Below, in pieces: positions 9,355 to 19,518 of a stretch of 64,000 bases of DNA; position 1 is the first letter of the stretch; each line of letters opens with the position of its first letter. The position numbers were made by a program, and so were the translations under genes. The notes under the pieces were generated by a model that saw only the letters and a list, made by a program, of their open reading frames with translations, was not told the origin of the DNA and searched no databases. This DNA is from a bacterium. GTDB taxonomy: Bacteria > UBA8248. The DNA lies in NCBI GenBank assembly GCA_963692865.2, contig OY843592.1, positions 1,856,001 to 1,920,000 of the forward strand. The letters are read 5' to 3'.

Positions 9355-10554
9355 TCAATGCCCGTTGGCGGCGGCGCCGGCGGGGGCTTCCGTGAGGCCG
9401 CAGAAGAACTCATAGTCAATGAGCTCGGTGATGGAGGGGCTGTCCCCGCATACCGGACAGGCCGGGTCGCGCCGTATCTTGAGCGTCCGGAACTGCGATT
9501 TGAGCGCGTCGTACATGAGCAGCTTGCCGATGAGCGGCTCCCCGAAGCCCACGATGAGCTTGGCCGTCTCCGTCGCCTGGATGGAGCCCATGGTGCCGCA
9601 CAGCGCGCCGAGCACGCCCGCGTCCTGGCAGGAGGGCACCATGCCGGGAGGCGGCGGTTCGGGATAGAGGCAGCGGTAGCAGGGGCCGCCCACTGCAGGA
9701 TGATAGACGGTGGCCTGGCCCTCGAACTTGAAGATGGAGGCGTCGACGATGGGTTTTCCGAGAAAGACCGCCGCGTCGTTCACGAGGTAGCGGGTCGGGA
9801 AGTTGTCCGCCCCGTTCACGATGACGTCGTAGTCCTTGAGAATGTCGAGCGCGTTGTCGCGGTTGATTCTTTCCTCGTGCGCGATGACGTTCACGTCGGG
9901 GTTGAGCGCGGTGAGGGTGGCCGCCGCGCTCTCGACCTTGGAGGTGCCCACGCGGTCGTTCGTGTGGACGATCTGGCGCTGCAGGTTGCTCATGTCCACC
10001 ACGTCGAGGTCCACGATGCCGATGTTGCCCACGCCCATGGCCGTCAGATAAAGCCCGGTGGGAGAGCCCAGCCCGCCCGCGCCTATGAGGACGACCTTGG
10101 CGTCCAGCAGTTTCGCCTGGCCCTTTTCCCCGATCTGGGAGAGCAGGAAGTGGCGGCTGTAGCGGTTTAACTGCTCGGCGCTCATCTGCTTGTCCACCTG
10201 CACGGGAAAGCCCAGGTCTTTCCACTTCCCGTAGCCGCCCGCCATGGATTTCACGTTCTGATAGCCCATGGATTGCAGCACCTGGCCCGCGAGCAGCGAG
10301 CGCACGCCGCCCGCGCAGTAGGCGACGACGGGCGTCGTCCTGTCGGGAACGACCTGTTCGATCTTGAGCTCCAGGAATCCGCGGCTCACGTGTTCGGCGC
10401 CCGGCAGGTAGCCGCCCCGGAACTCGTCCGGTTCGCGCACGTCGATGAGCGCCACTTCGGCGCCCGAATCGACAGCGTCCTTCACTTCTTCCGCCGTGAT
10501 CTCAGGAACATCGCCCCGCGCGGCCTCGAGCAGGTCTCGTCCTGTTTTTGACAT
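9355..10554 (-). CDS. moeB: Molybdopterin-synthase adenylyltransferase MoeB with N-terminal rhodanese domain
   Basis: N-terminal IDVREPDE...YCAGGVRS rhodanese, then RYSRH, GAGGLGS, SNLQRQ, DNFPTRY and two CxxC motifs. Confidence 0.9.
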   Translation of the reverse strand: MSKTGRDLLEAARGDVPEITAEEVKDAVDSGAEVALIDVREPDEFRGGYLPGAEHVSRGFLELKIEQVVPDRTTPVVAYCAGGVRSLLAGQVLQSMGYQNVKSMAGGYGKWKDLGFPVQVDKQMSAEQLNRYSRHFLLSQIGEKGQAKLLDAKVVLIGAGGLGSPTGLYLTAMGVGNIGIVDLDVVDMSNLQRQIVHTNDRVGTSKVESAAATLTALNPDVNVIAHEERINRDNALDILKDYDVIVNGADNFPTRYLVNDAAVFLGKPIVDASIFKFEGQATVYHPAVGGPCYRCLYPEPPPPGMVPSCQDAGVLGALCGTMGSIQATETAKLIVGFGEPLIGKLLMYDALKSQFRTLKIRRDPACPVCGDSPSITELIDYEFFCGLTEAPAGAAANGH

Positions 10555-10806
10555 TTCTTGATCTCCTTTGCTGCCGGCATTCGCCGAAAAGGAATATGGG
10601 ATAGATTATCGTAAGTTGTCGGGATGAAAGAGCGCGCAACACCCGCCCAACAATTCTTTCGAATACTAAACTAAATTACTCAAGAATAGCAAGCCTGCCT
10701 CTTTGAAACATGGAAACCAGATCATTATCCCGGAAAAGACACCCAAGCGCCATGCCGCGAGCGGCGCGCTCGCGATAGCTTAAAGAGTCGCCTACACGAC
10801 GAACGC

Positions 10807-11697
10807 TCACTCTGCGCGCTGACTCATGCCTGCGCCTTTTTCGAAAAATTCCAGTATGGCGTTCTGGTCCGCGTCCCCGTGGCCCAGGGCCGCCGCGCCC
10901 ATATAGATCTGGCGGGCCATCGTGCCCAGCGGAATCGGCGTCCCGACGCCGTCGGCCATCGCCGCGATGATGCGCAAATCCTTGAGCATGAGGTTCACCG
11001 TGAAGGTGGGCGTGTAGTCCTTGGCGATCATGGGCGAGGCCTTGTATTCGAGGATTTTGGGGATGACGCTCGCCTTCAGGAACTCGACCATATGCTCGGG
11101 GTCGAGGCCCCCCTTCGTCCCCATGGTCAGCGCCTCGGCGATGGCGGAGATGTGGATCGCGAAGATGTGGTTCGTCACCAGCTTCATCTGGAGGCCCGCG
11201 CCGCTCGGCCCGAAGTAGTGGATCGAGGCGCTGAAGGCCTCCAGAACGTCGCGGTGGGCGTCGAGCGAGGCCTCATCGCCCCCCGCCATGATGGCGAGGG
11301 TTCCCGCTTTCGCGTGGGGCACGCTCCCGCTCACGGGGGTGTCCAGAAACCGGACGCCGCGGCTTTTCGCCTCCCCGGCGAGTTCCTGGCTGCCCTCGAC
11401 CGTCAGGGTCGACAAGTCGAAGCACACGGCGCCTTGAGAGGCCGTCGTGAGCGCGCCGGTCTCTCCCAGGTAGGCTTCTCTCGCGTGCTCGACCTCAGGC
11501 ACCGAACTGCAGATGACATCCGCCCCCGTGGCGGCTTCCGCAGCCGTCTCGAAGACCGTGAGGCCCGCTGCGGCCGCCCGCTCGCGCGCGGCGGGCGCGG
11601 GGTCGAACCCCCGGACGTCGAAACCCGCCTTCACCAGATTTTCCGACATGCCCGAACCCATGTTGCCCAGACCCAGAAAAGCAACCACTTTCGCCAT
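10807..11697 (-). CDS. NAD(P)-dependent beta-hydroxyacid dehydrogenase (3-hydroxyisobutyrate DH family), paralogue 1
   Basis: GLGNMGSGM, DTPVSGS, MKLVTN, KDL. Confidence 0.88.
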   Translation of the reverse strand: MAKVVAFLGLGNMGSGMSENLVKAGFDVRGFDPAPAARERAAAAGLTVFETAAEAATGADVICSSVPEVEHAREAYLGETGALTTASQGAVCFDLSTLTVEGSQELAGEAKSRGVRFLDTPVSGSVPHAKAGTLAIMAGGDEASLDAHRDVLEAFSASIHYFGPSGAGLQMKLVTNHIFAIHISAIAEALTMGTKGGLDPEHMVEFLKASVIPKILEYKASPMIAKDYTPTFTVNLMLKDLRIIAAMADGVGTPIPLGTMARQIYMGAAALGHGDADQNAILEFFEKGAGMSQRAE

Positions 11698-11829
11698 TTC
11701 GCATCACTCCTGTTGAATATGGCGTCACGAGACGCCCACGCTTGCGAATCGGTGGAAAGGCCCATCCCTCACAAAATCAGGAGAGGCGTCCCCTGTCTCG
11801 TGTGGAGTATATGCCTGCCCCTGTGAAAA

Positions 11830-12735
11830 TTATTTTTTCTTCGGCTTCGTTCCCATGGCGTTCAGGAAAGCCTCGAAAACGGCGTTCAGGTCCGCGTGTT
11901 CGAAACCGAGCGCCATGGCGGAGGTATGCTGCTGCCGCGCGGCGGCGCCCAGGGGGACGGGCACGCCCAAATCGTTCGCCTCGTTGACGCTGATTCCCAT
12001 ATCCTTGTAGCTCAGGCCCAGGTGCCCGATGACGCCCGAATAATCGCGCGCCGCCATCTCCGGGCCTTTGTAGTGCATCAGGTCCGGAATCACGCTTTGC
12101 TGTAAGAATCTCATCATTTTCCGTGCCGTCAGCCCCGCCTTTACCCCGAAAGCCAGACCCTCGGCCATGCCGGCGTGCTGGATGAAGACGATGTGGTTCG
12201 AAACCAGCTTCATGAGCAGGCCGTTTCCGGATTTCCCCATGTAGGTGACCGACTTGCTGAACGCCTCGAGTACGTCGCGGTGTTCCTTGAGCGCGGCCTC
12301 GTCTCCGCCCACGATGGCGGAGATTTCCTTTCGCTCTAGGTGCGGAACGCTTCCGAGCACGGGCGCGTCCAGAAAGGCGATACTCTTCTTCCTGGCTTCT
12401 GCGGCGATCTCTTTCGCGAGAGCGACGCTGCTCGTCGAAAGCTCGAAGCATACCGCGCCGCGCCGCATCGCCTTGAGCGCGCCTCCAGAGTCCAGGTAGA
12501 CGTCTCTCACGATGTCGGTTTTGGGGAGCGAACTGCACACCACATCTGCGCCCTTGACGGTTGCTGCGACGCTTCGGACTGTTTTGGCGCCGTTTTTCTT
12601 TGCAGCCGCGAGGGCTTTGGGAGAGGGATCGTAGCCCGTGACGTCGAAGCCCGCGTCAACCAGGTGTTTCGCCATCAATCCGCCCATGCGGCCCAGGCCC
12701 AGGAACCCGATATTTTTCTTTGCCTTGCGCACCAT
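11830..12735 (-). CDS. beta-hydroxyacid dehydrogenase family, paralogue 2
   Basis: GLGRMGGLM, DAPVLGS, MKLVSN. ATG at 12735 follows AGGAG. Confidence 0.88.
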   Translation of the reverse strand: MVRKAKKNIGFLGLGRMGGLMAKHLVDAGFDVTGYDPSPKALAAAKKNGAKTVRSVAATVKGADVVCSSLPKTDIVRDVYLDSGGALKAMRRGAVCFELSTSSVALAKEIAAEARKKSIAFLDAPVLGSVPHLERKEISAIVGGDEAALKEHRDVLEAFSKSVTYMGKSGNGLLMKLVSNHIVFIQHAGMAEGLAFGVKAGLTARKMMRFLQQSVIPDLMHYKGPEMAARDYSGVIGHLGLSYKDMGISVNEANDLGVPVPLGAAARQQHTSAMALGFEHADLNAVFEAFLNAMGTKPKKK

Positions 12736-12808
12736 TTCTTCAGGCTCCTGTGATCGGATGCGCCATTGCACACCGTCTATCTGGGCGTTTCTTATACCCC
12801 GTTAGCAT

Positions 12809-13714
12809 TCACTTTCTCTTTGGCCTGGTGCCCATGGCGTTCAGGAACGACTCGAAAACGGCGTTGAAGTCCGCATCTTCGAGCCCCAGCGCCATGGCGG
12901 AGGTGTATTGCTGCCGCGCGGCGGCGCCCAGGGGTACGGGGGCGCCCAGATCGTTCGCCTCGTTGATGCTGAGTCCCAAGTCCTTGAAGCTGATGCCCAG
13001 GTTTGCGATGACGTTGGAATAATCGCGCGCCGCCATCGTCGTTCCCTTGTAGTGGATGAGCAGGGGAATCACGCTGCCTTGCAGGAATTTCATCATCCTG
13101 GGGGCCGTCAGCCCCGCCTTCATTCCGAATGCAAGACCCTCGGCCATGCCGGAGTGGTGGATGTTCAAAATGTGGTTCGTCACCAGTTTCATGATCAGGC
13201 CGTTGCCGGATTTCCCCATGTAGGTGACCGACTTGCTGAACGCGTCGAGCACGTTGCGGTGTTCTTTGAGCGCGGCCTGGTCTCCGCCCACGATGGCGGC
13301 GACTTCCTTGCGCTCCAGGTGCGGAATGCTTCCACTCACGGGCGCGTCCAGAAAGGCGATTCTTTTCTTTTTGGCCGCTTCCGCAATTTCCTTCGCCAGG
13401 CTGACGGTGCTCGTCGAAAGCTCAAAGCAGACCGCGCCGCGCCGCGCCGTTTCGAGCACGCCCTTGGAACCCAGATAGACGTTCCTGACGACGGCGGGCG
13501 AGGGGAGCGAACTGCACACCACATCGGCGCTCTTGACCGCCGTAGCGACGGTTCTGGCGGTTTTGGCCCCGTTTTTCTTCGCAGTCGCTATGGCCTGAGG
13601 CGCGGGATCGTAGCCCGTGACGGGGAAGCCGGCGTCGACCAGGTGCTTCGTCATCAGCCCTCCCATGCGGCCCAGACCCAAGAATGCGATTTTTTTTGTT
13701 GCCTTGCGCGCCAT
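12809..13714 (-). CDS. beta-hydroxyacid dehydrogenase family, paralogue 3
   Basis: GLGRMGGLM, DAPVSGS, MKLVTN. Visibly colinear at DNA level with paralogue 2. Confidence 0.88.
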   Translation of the reverse strand: MARKATKKIAFLGLGRMGGLMTKHLVDAGFPVTGYDPAPQAIATAKKNGAKTARTVATAVKSADVVCSSLPSPAVVRNVYLGSKGVLETARRGAVCFELSTSTVSLAKEIAEAAKKKRIAFLDAPVSGSIPHLERKEVAAIVGGDQAALKEHRNVLDAFSKSVTYMGKSGNGLIMKLVTNHILNIHHSGMAEGLAFGMKAGLTAPRMMKFLQGSVIPLLIHYKGTTMAARDYSNVIANLGISFKDLGLSINEANDLGAPVPLGAAARQQYTSAMALGLEDADFNAVFESFLNAMGTRPKRK

Positions 13715-13723
13715 TTTTCTCTC

Positions 13724-14602
13724 CTATCTTTCGATTCCGAGCAGCTTCAGGGGATTTTCCACAAGTATTCTTTCACGAACGCTCTCATCCGGTGCCCAGT
13801 CGAATAGTTGATCCAGCAAGTCGCCGTCGTTCGGCATCGGAATCTTGCAGGCGGGATGCGGCCAGTCCGTGCCCCAGATGATGCGCTCGGGCGCCGCTTC
13901 GATGAGCGCGCGGGCGACCGGGTCGACATCCGTGTAGGGTGTTTGCATGAGGTCCGTGATGCGGTAGGCGCCCGTGAGCTTCACCCAGGTTTTACCTTCT
14001 TTTAGTAGGTCGATAAATTCCTGCAGCGGTCCCAAACCTTTGCTCGCCGGGACGTAGCCCATGTGCCCGAAAACGCTGTGCACGGGGAGGGAAGAGAAAG
14101 TTTTCCGCAGATCGGGGAACTCATGGACGTGGATGAGGAACTCCATGTGCCAGCCCATGTCCTTGATGCGCTCGCCCATCGTCTGAACGTCTGCGAACGA
14201 AGCGAAGGGATTTCCGCCCTTGTCCGCCAGGTTGATGCGCAAGCCGCGAACGCCCGCCTCGTGAAGGCGCGTCAATTCCGCTTCGCTCACATCCTGGTTC
14301 ACGGAAGCCACGCCCATGAGCCGTCCGCCCGAGCGTGCCATGGCGTCGAGCATGGCGGTGTTGTCGACCCCGTAGACGCTCGGCTGGGTAAGGACGCCGC
14401 GCGCCACGCCGAGCTTGCGGTGGAGGGTTTCGTAGGCATCGAGCAGGGCGTCGGGAGGCGTATAGCCCCTTTGGAGGGAGTAGGCGTATCTGCTCTCGGG
14501 ACCGAAGATGTGTCCGTGGGTGTCCCACGTGCCGGGGGGGAGCTTGAAGCGGGGCGCTCTGGGTTGGGGATCAGGCGGCGGGCAGGGGAGCATATCCGGC
14601 AT
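13724..14602 (-). CDS. Amidohydrolase, 2-pyrone-4,6-dicarboxylate lactonase (LigI)-like
   Basis: WDTHGHIFG, QPSVYGVDN, GVRGLRIN, WVKLTGAYR, WGTDWPH. Confidence 0.85.
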   Translation of the reverse strand: MPDMLPCPPPDPQPRAPRFKLPPGTWDTHGHIFGPESRYAYSLQRGYTPPDALLDAYETLHRKLGVARGVLTQPSVYGVDNTAMLDAMARSGGRLMGVASVNQDVSEAELTRLHEAGVRGLRINLADKGGNPFASFADVQTMGERIKDMGWHMEFLIHVHEFPDLRKTFSSLPVHSVFGHMGYVPASKGLGPLQEFIDLLKEGKTWVKLTGAYRITDLMQTPYTDVDPVARALIEAAPERIIWGTDWPHPACKIPMPNDGDLLDQLFDWAPDESVRERILVENPLKLLGIER

Positions 14603-14613
14603 TCCGTTTCCTC

Positions 14614-14913
14614 CTAGTGGAGGTCGCCATCGCGGCCGTAGAGCTTGTGGCGTGGCCTGCCCGCGAGAATCTCCGCCTTTCCCCAGTCCGTTACGGCGCG
14701 AAAGGCGTCGCTCCTGATGAAGTCCATGAAATCTTCCTGCGCCTCCCACTCCGAGAGGATGGTGTAGGAATTCGGGTTTTTCACCTGTTGATACAGAAGG
14801 CTCTGCACGTGGCCGGCCTGACCTTCGAGGGCGCCGGCCACGGCCTCGAATTTCTCCTCGAACTCCTTCTCCTTACCCGGGAGCACTTCGTAATACATCC
14901 CTACGGTGATCAT
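14614..14913 (-). CDS. ABM (antibiotic biosynthesis monooxygenase) domain protein
   Basis: 99 aa; PGKEKEFE...YTILSEWE...F...SDAFR pattern. Confidence 0.82.
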   Translation of the reverse strand: MITVGMYYEVLPGKEKEFEEKFEAVAGALEGQAGHVQSLLYQQVKNPNSYTILSEWEAQEDFMDFIRSDAFRAVTDWGKAEILAGRPRHKLYGRDGDLH

Positions 14914-14941
14914 GTTTCACTCCTTGCGAGTTGCTGATGAA

Positions 14942-15811
14942 TCATCCTAGATATTCGCGCTCCCACGTCTGAATTTCCGTAATGCCCAGGGCGTCGTTGT
15001 ATTCCTGAAAAGTGGCCATCATCCCGCGCGCCGAGCGCGTGGAGCCTTCTTCCTTCAGGATGCGCAGCACGTCGTTCACGGCCTTCAGGTACGTGCAGCG
15101 CACGATGCCCGGGTAGATGATGACGCCGAAGCCGAGTTTGCCGAGTTCATCCACGCTGAGGGCCGCCTCGCGCCTCGATTCGTCCAGCGTGGTGACGTGA
15201 GGCGGGGGAACCTCGGCCCCGATTTTCCGGAGTTCTTCCTCCGTCCCCTCCACTTCGATGAACGTAAGGTCGGCCCCAGTTTCCTTATAGGCGACGGCTC
15301 TGCGGATCGCTTCATCCAGCCCGTGGTCGGCGGCGGCGTCCGTGCGGGCGAGGATGAGGAAATTCTCGCTCTCCCGTGTATCGAGGGCCGCCTTGAGCTT
15401 GCCGAGTTGTTCTTCCAGCGAGATGACGGGGATCGAGCCGGGCAGGAAGCCGCACCTTTTGGGAGTCACCTGATCCTCGATCTGGATGCAGGCGACGCCC
15501 GCAGACTCCAACTCGCGGACGGTGCGGATCATGTTCACGGCGTTGCCGTAGCCGGTGTCGGCGTCCGCGATGAGGGGGATCGAAGTCGCCTGCACGACGT
15601 TGCGGCAGACATCGGCCACCTCGCGCAGCGTCATGAAGCCCACGTCGGGCTTGCCGAGGAGCGCCGCCGAGGCACCGTTGCCCGTCAGGTAGTTCACCTG
15701 AAAGCCCGCCTGCTCCACCATGCGCGCGCTGAAGGCGTCGATGCAGGCGGGAGCGAGCACGGGTCGATTCTTTTCCAGAAGCGCCCGAAGATGCGCTCCG
15801 CGATGGCTCAT
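14942..15811 (-). CDS. Isocitrate lyase/PEP mutase superfamily lyase
   Basis: DADTGYG, IEDQVTPKRCG, ARTDA. Confidence 0.88.
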   Translation of the reverse strand: MSHRGAHLRALLEKNRPVLAPACIDAFSARMVEQAGFQVNYLTGNGASAALLGKPDVGFMTLREVADVCRNVVQATSIPLIADADTGYGNAVNMIRTVRELESAGVACIQIEDQVTPKRCGFLPGSIPVISLEEQLGKLKAALDTRESENFLILARTDAAADHGLDEAIRRAVAYKETGADLTFIEVEGTEEELRKIGAEVPPPHVTTLDESRREAALSVDELGKLGFGVIIYPGIVRCTYLKAVNDVLRILKEEGSTRSARGMMATFQEYNDALGITEIQTWEREYLG

Positions 15812-15952
15812 GGTTTATCCCTCGAATAGGTGGATAACAGGTTATTCGGAAGTTCTCCCACCACCGGCTTCGTGTCAAGCGTGCCTTGTATTTCGTGCTT
15901 CCAGGGGCTAGGGTGGCTCCCGCCTCCACGGGGAAGACGGGAATCTCATTCT

Positions 15953-16726
15953 ATGTCGAAGATGCGCTCTCATCGAACCGAGCCTGAAGAGTTGGCCGTA
16001 CTCGCCCGCGCCGTCGAGCGTTCGCTGGCCGAGGGCGGCAGGGGCCTCCATCACCTGAGCACGCCGCTGGGACGCGCCAATTATGTACGCAAGGCGGATA
16101 TCGTGAAAAATCTGAAGCCCGGTGGCGGCAGTTTGCTGGACTGGGGATGCGGATACGGGCAAATGTCTTATTTGCTCAGAAACCGGGGTTTCGAAGTCGT
16201 CTCGTATACCATCGAGGCGCAAGAACCCACGCCTTCTAACTCGTTTCTCCGCAAGCAGGACCTGGAAGTCGTTTACGACAAAGACCCCGTTCGGCTTCCC
16301 TTCGGGGATGAGACGTTCGACGTCGTTTTGTCGTGCGGCGTTTTGGAACACGTCGAAGACGAGAGCGGATCGCTCGCAGAAATTCGCCGCATCCTGCGTC
16401 CCGCGGGGCTGTTCATCGTGATGATGCTTCCCAACGAATGGAGTTATGCGGAATTCATGGCGAGAAACGTCTTCCGGGTGAGCGAGCACGACCGGCTCTA
16501 TTCCATCGCCAAAATTCGGCGTCTCCTCTCCCGGTTCGAATTCCGGGCGGTCGAGACGTGGTACTCGAATACCCTGCCAAAGAATTTTACCCCTTTGCCG
16601 GAGGCGCTCAGGCAATCGCTCGGTGCGCATCCGCGTTTTTGGCTGGGCGTCGAGGCCCGGCTGTCCAGGATTCCTCCCATCTGCTGGTTCAGCGGGGTCG
16701 TCGAGGGCGTCTTCGAGCGTGAGTAG
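15953..16726 (+). CDS. Class I SAM-dependent methyltransferase
   Basis: LLDWGCGYG, LPFGDETFDVV, VLEHV, RILRPAG. Confidence 0.85.
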   Translation: MSKMRSHRTEPEELAVLARAVERSLAEGGRGLHHLSTPLGRANYVRKADIVKNLKPGGGSLLDWGCGYGQMSYLLRNRGFEVVSYTIEAQEPTPSNSFLRKQDLEVVYDKDPVRLPFGDETFDVVLSCGVLEHVEDESGSLAEIRRILRPAGLFIVMMLPNEWSYAEFMARNVFRVSEHDRLYSIAKIRRLLSRFEFRAVETWYSNTLPKNFTPLPEALRQSLGAHPRFWLGVEARLSRIPPICWFSGVVEGVFERE

Positions 16727-16975
16727 TGAAGACGCGCCGAGATGCGAAATCGACTCGCGGGGTCATGGACCGTCGCGTGAAGCATCCTTGTATGTCCGAA
16801 TGTCGCCGAAAGCGCCTTGCGCTTTTTCCGCCAAATCGCTTAACTGAAAACCTGCGCTCATTGGACCCACCAATTTCTGGAATGAGAGCAAGCGAATATC
16901 CCAAAGCACCGGAATCTTTGCGGTAGAAAAACGCTTACGTCTCATGGAATGCGTCATCAACTCAGGTGGGTCGTC

Positions 16976-18091
16976 ATGCGAGTTCTCATCGTTTCCCGCT
17001 TCTGCGTCTCGCCGCTATATCGCGCGAAGTTCGCGGCACTCGCCCGGCGGCCGGGACTCAAGGTTTTTCTGCTCGCGCCCGAGAGGTGGAGAGAAGGCGC
17101 GCGGGTGTTCACCTGCCGTGAGGGCGAGGAGGACGGCTACCGGATTTTCACGGGTCCCTTGATTTTCAGCGGCAGGGTGGGCGGCCACGTCTACCGCCGG
17201 GGCCTCTGGAAAGCGCTCAGGGAAGCGCGTCCGGACGTCGCCCACTTAGAGGAGCAGTCCTACGGTCTCGTGGCGGCGCAGGTGCTGCTTTACCTCGCAT
17301 TGCTGAAATCGCGTCCGAAGCTCATGGTCAACAATTCGGAGAATTCGGGCGCCGCTCTCCCCTGGCGCGCGAGAACGATTGAAAACCAGGTTTTTCGCCG
17401 CGCGGACGCGCTTTTGGTCTACGCCCATACCGCCCGGGCTAGACTCTTGCGACTCGGCGCGCCGCCGCAGAAAATGCGAACACTTCCTCAATGGGGAGTG
17501 GATCCGGAGCTTTTCCGTCCGCCCGAGCCGGGCGAGCGCGGCGATGCGTTCAGAGTCGGCTACGCCGGGCGGCTTGTTCACTCGAAAGGGGTAGACGTTC
17601 TTCTCAAAGCGCTGTCCGGCCTCTCTGGAGTGTGGAAAGCGCAGATTGTGGGAGATGGAGAGGAGCGCGAAGCACTGGAGAGGCTGGCGCGGTCGCTCGG
17701 TATCGGGGAGCGGGTGGAATTCGTCGGCCGGGTCGATCACTCCGACGTGCCCGGATATTTGCGCGGGTGGCATGCGCTCGCGCTTCCATCGAGAACGACC
17801 CCGCACTGGAGAGAACAGTTCGGCCGGGTGCTGATCGAGGCGATGGGCTGCGGCGTGGTTCCCGTGGGAGCGACGACGGGAGAAATTCCCCACGTCATCG
17901 GCGGGGAGGGATATGTTTTTCCGGAAGACGATGTAGAGTCTTTGCGGGAAATTCTCCGGAAGCTGCAAAGTGAACCCCGCGAGCGCGAGCGCCTGGCGCG
18001 GGCGGGGCGCAAGAGAATGCTCGAAGAATTTACCTGGGACGTGCTGGCCGGGAAGGCTCATCGTCTCTATGAAGATGTTTTGGGGGGATGA
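16976..18091 (+). CDS. Glycosyltransferase family 4
   Basis: YAGRLVHSKG, EQFGRVLIEAMGCG. Confidence 0.9.
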   Translation: MRVLIVSRFCVSPLYRAKFAALARRPGLKVFLLAPERWREGARVFTCREGEEDGYRIFTGPLIFSGRVGGHVYRRGLWKALREARPDVAHLEEQSYGLVAAQVLLYLALLKSRPKLMVNNSENSGAALPWRARTIENQVFRRADALLVYAHTARARLLRLGAPPQKMRTLPQWGVDPELFRPPEPGERGDAFRVGYAGRLVHSKGVDVLLKALSGLSGVWKAQIVGDGEEREALERLARSLGIGERVEFVGRVDHSDVPGYLRGWHALALPSRTTPHWREQFGRVLIEAMGCGVVPVGATTGEIPHVIGGEGYVFPEDDVESLREILRKLQSEPRERERLARAGRKRMLEEFTWDVLAGKAHRLYEDVLGG

Positions 18092-18207
18092 GGCAGACGG
18101 CATCGTATAACTTGCAGGGGTTCCATGCGGAAGCGGAATTTCCGCCGGGGGGCGAAGCGCGCTATATTCTTAAGTGCTTTTTGGGTTGAAATTCTTTTCG
18201 AGAGTGC

Positions 18208-19518
18208 GTGATGAACAGGTCGGAAAACGCAGCAATGCGCGAATCCTCCCATGATGCGGCGAGTTTTCTGGACGAGGCTCGATTGCGCGTTCCTCCCAAA
18301 TCCGCCGCGCCTTCGATGAGAGAGGCGCTCAGACCGGAGCAGCGCGGCAGGATTCCCGTTTTCGAGCGTAGCTACCACTATCAGAGCCTTCCGGTGCGAT
18401 GCGCGTTTCGTGCGGTCGACCTGCTGGGGGAGACTTTTGTTCGCAACACGAGAGAACGGCCTCCGGCAATTCGCCGCGTTCTTTTGATGCGCCCCGACCA
18501 TATCGGCGACGTCGTCTGCACGCTGCCCGCAATCCGTGCGATTCGCGACAGTCTGCCGGATGCGCAAATCGACCTCCTCATTCGTTCGTCCGCCCGCTCT
18601 TTGTTCAGGGAGTTCGATGAAGAATTGGCGGGGGTGGATTTTCTCGTTTTCAATGCGTCCTGGCGCGACAGGCCGAAAAGAAAGAAATTCGGTTTTCTCT
18701 CGATGAGCCGGCTGAGGCGGCTGCTCAGATTGAGAGCCGAGGAAATCGGCGGCCCCTACGATCTGGCGGTGGATTTCGCCGGAGATTTTCAGTCGATCCT
18801 CGCGGCCAGACTTGCGGGCGTACGCTATCTGGCCGGGCGCGGAATAAGGGGATTCGGCTTCGGTCTGGACGTGGAGGCCGAGGAGTTTCCCAAACGCCAT
18901 CAGGTGGAATTTAATCTGGATATGCTCGAATACGCGGGGCTGGGTTCGTTCGAGACCAAGAACCCCGCGCTGGCGCTTTCTGAGGAAGAGTTGGCCGAAG
19001 GGCGTGCGTGTATAGCTTCCATGACGGAGGATCCCTCGGGTTCTTTCATCGGAATTCACCCTGGAGCAGGAGGAAGAGAGAGAATATGGAGCCCGAAACT
19101 TTACGGAGAGTTGATCAGCCGGGTCGTCTCCACGCTTCCCGCTCGGGTTCTGTTGTTAGGCGGGCCGGATGATCGGCCGGTCGTCGATGCGACCCTTAAA
19201 TCCATGAAGGGCGTCCGCGTCCGGGGCACTATTTTGGATATGTGCGAGAGGGTACAGAACCTCCGCTCGCTCATGGGAGTCATGAAGGCCTGCCGGCTGT
19301 TCATCGGCAACGACTCGGGCCCCGCCCATATCGCCGCGGCGCTCGGGGTTCCCGTGATTTGCATCTTTCAGGGGCCGGCTGAGCCGAGCATATGGGGGCC
19401 GCGCGGCCCGAATATAGTGGTATTGCGAAAACTTCCCGCATCCAAGGGCGGTGTCCGGAGGGACAGGGAGAATCAGGAGCTCGAGCGCGTCTACGAAGCG
19501 GTGAAGAGATGCGTATAG
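18208..19518 (+). CDS. Glycosyltransferase family 9 (LPS heptosyltransferase-like)
   Basis: RPDHIGDVV, IHPGAG, GNDSGPAHIAAALG. Start uncertain. Confidence 0.88.
   Translation: MMNRSENAAMRESSHDAASFLDEARLRVPPKSAAPSMREALRPEQRGRIPVFERSYHYQSLPVRCAFRAVDLLGETFVRNTRERPPAIRRVLLMRPDHIGDVVCTLPAIRAIRDSLPDAQIDLLIRSSARSLFREFDEELAGVDFLVFNASWRDRPKRKKFGFLSMSRLRRLLRLRAEEIGGPYDLAVDFAGDFQSILAARLAGVRYLAGRGIRGFGFGLDVEAEEFPKRHQVEFNLDMLEYAGLGSFETKNPALALSEEELAEGRACIASMTEDPSGSFIGIHPGAGGRERIWSPKLYGELISRVVSTLPARVLLLGGPDDRPVVDATLKSMKGVRVRGTILDMCERVQNLRSLMGVMKACRLFIGNDSGPAHIAAALGVPVICIFQGPAEPSIWGPRGPNIVVLRKLPASKGGVRRDRENQELERVYEAVKRCV

Noticed and set aside
9355-10554. Rhodanese-MoeB as part of a ubiquitin-like or defence system
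   Set aside because: A known sulfur-carrier activation architecture, with no E2, JAB or Ubl gene adjacent.
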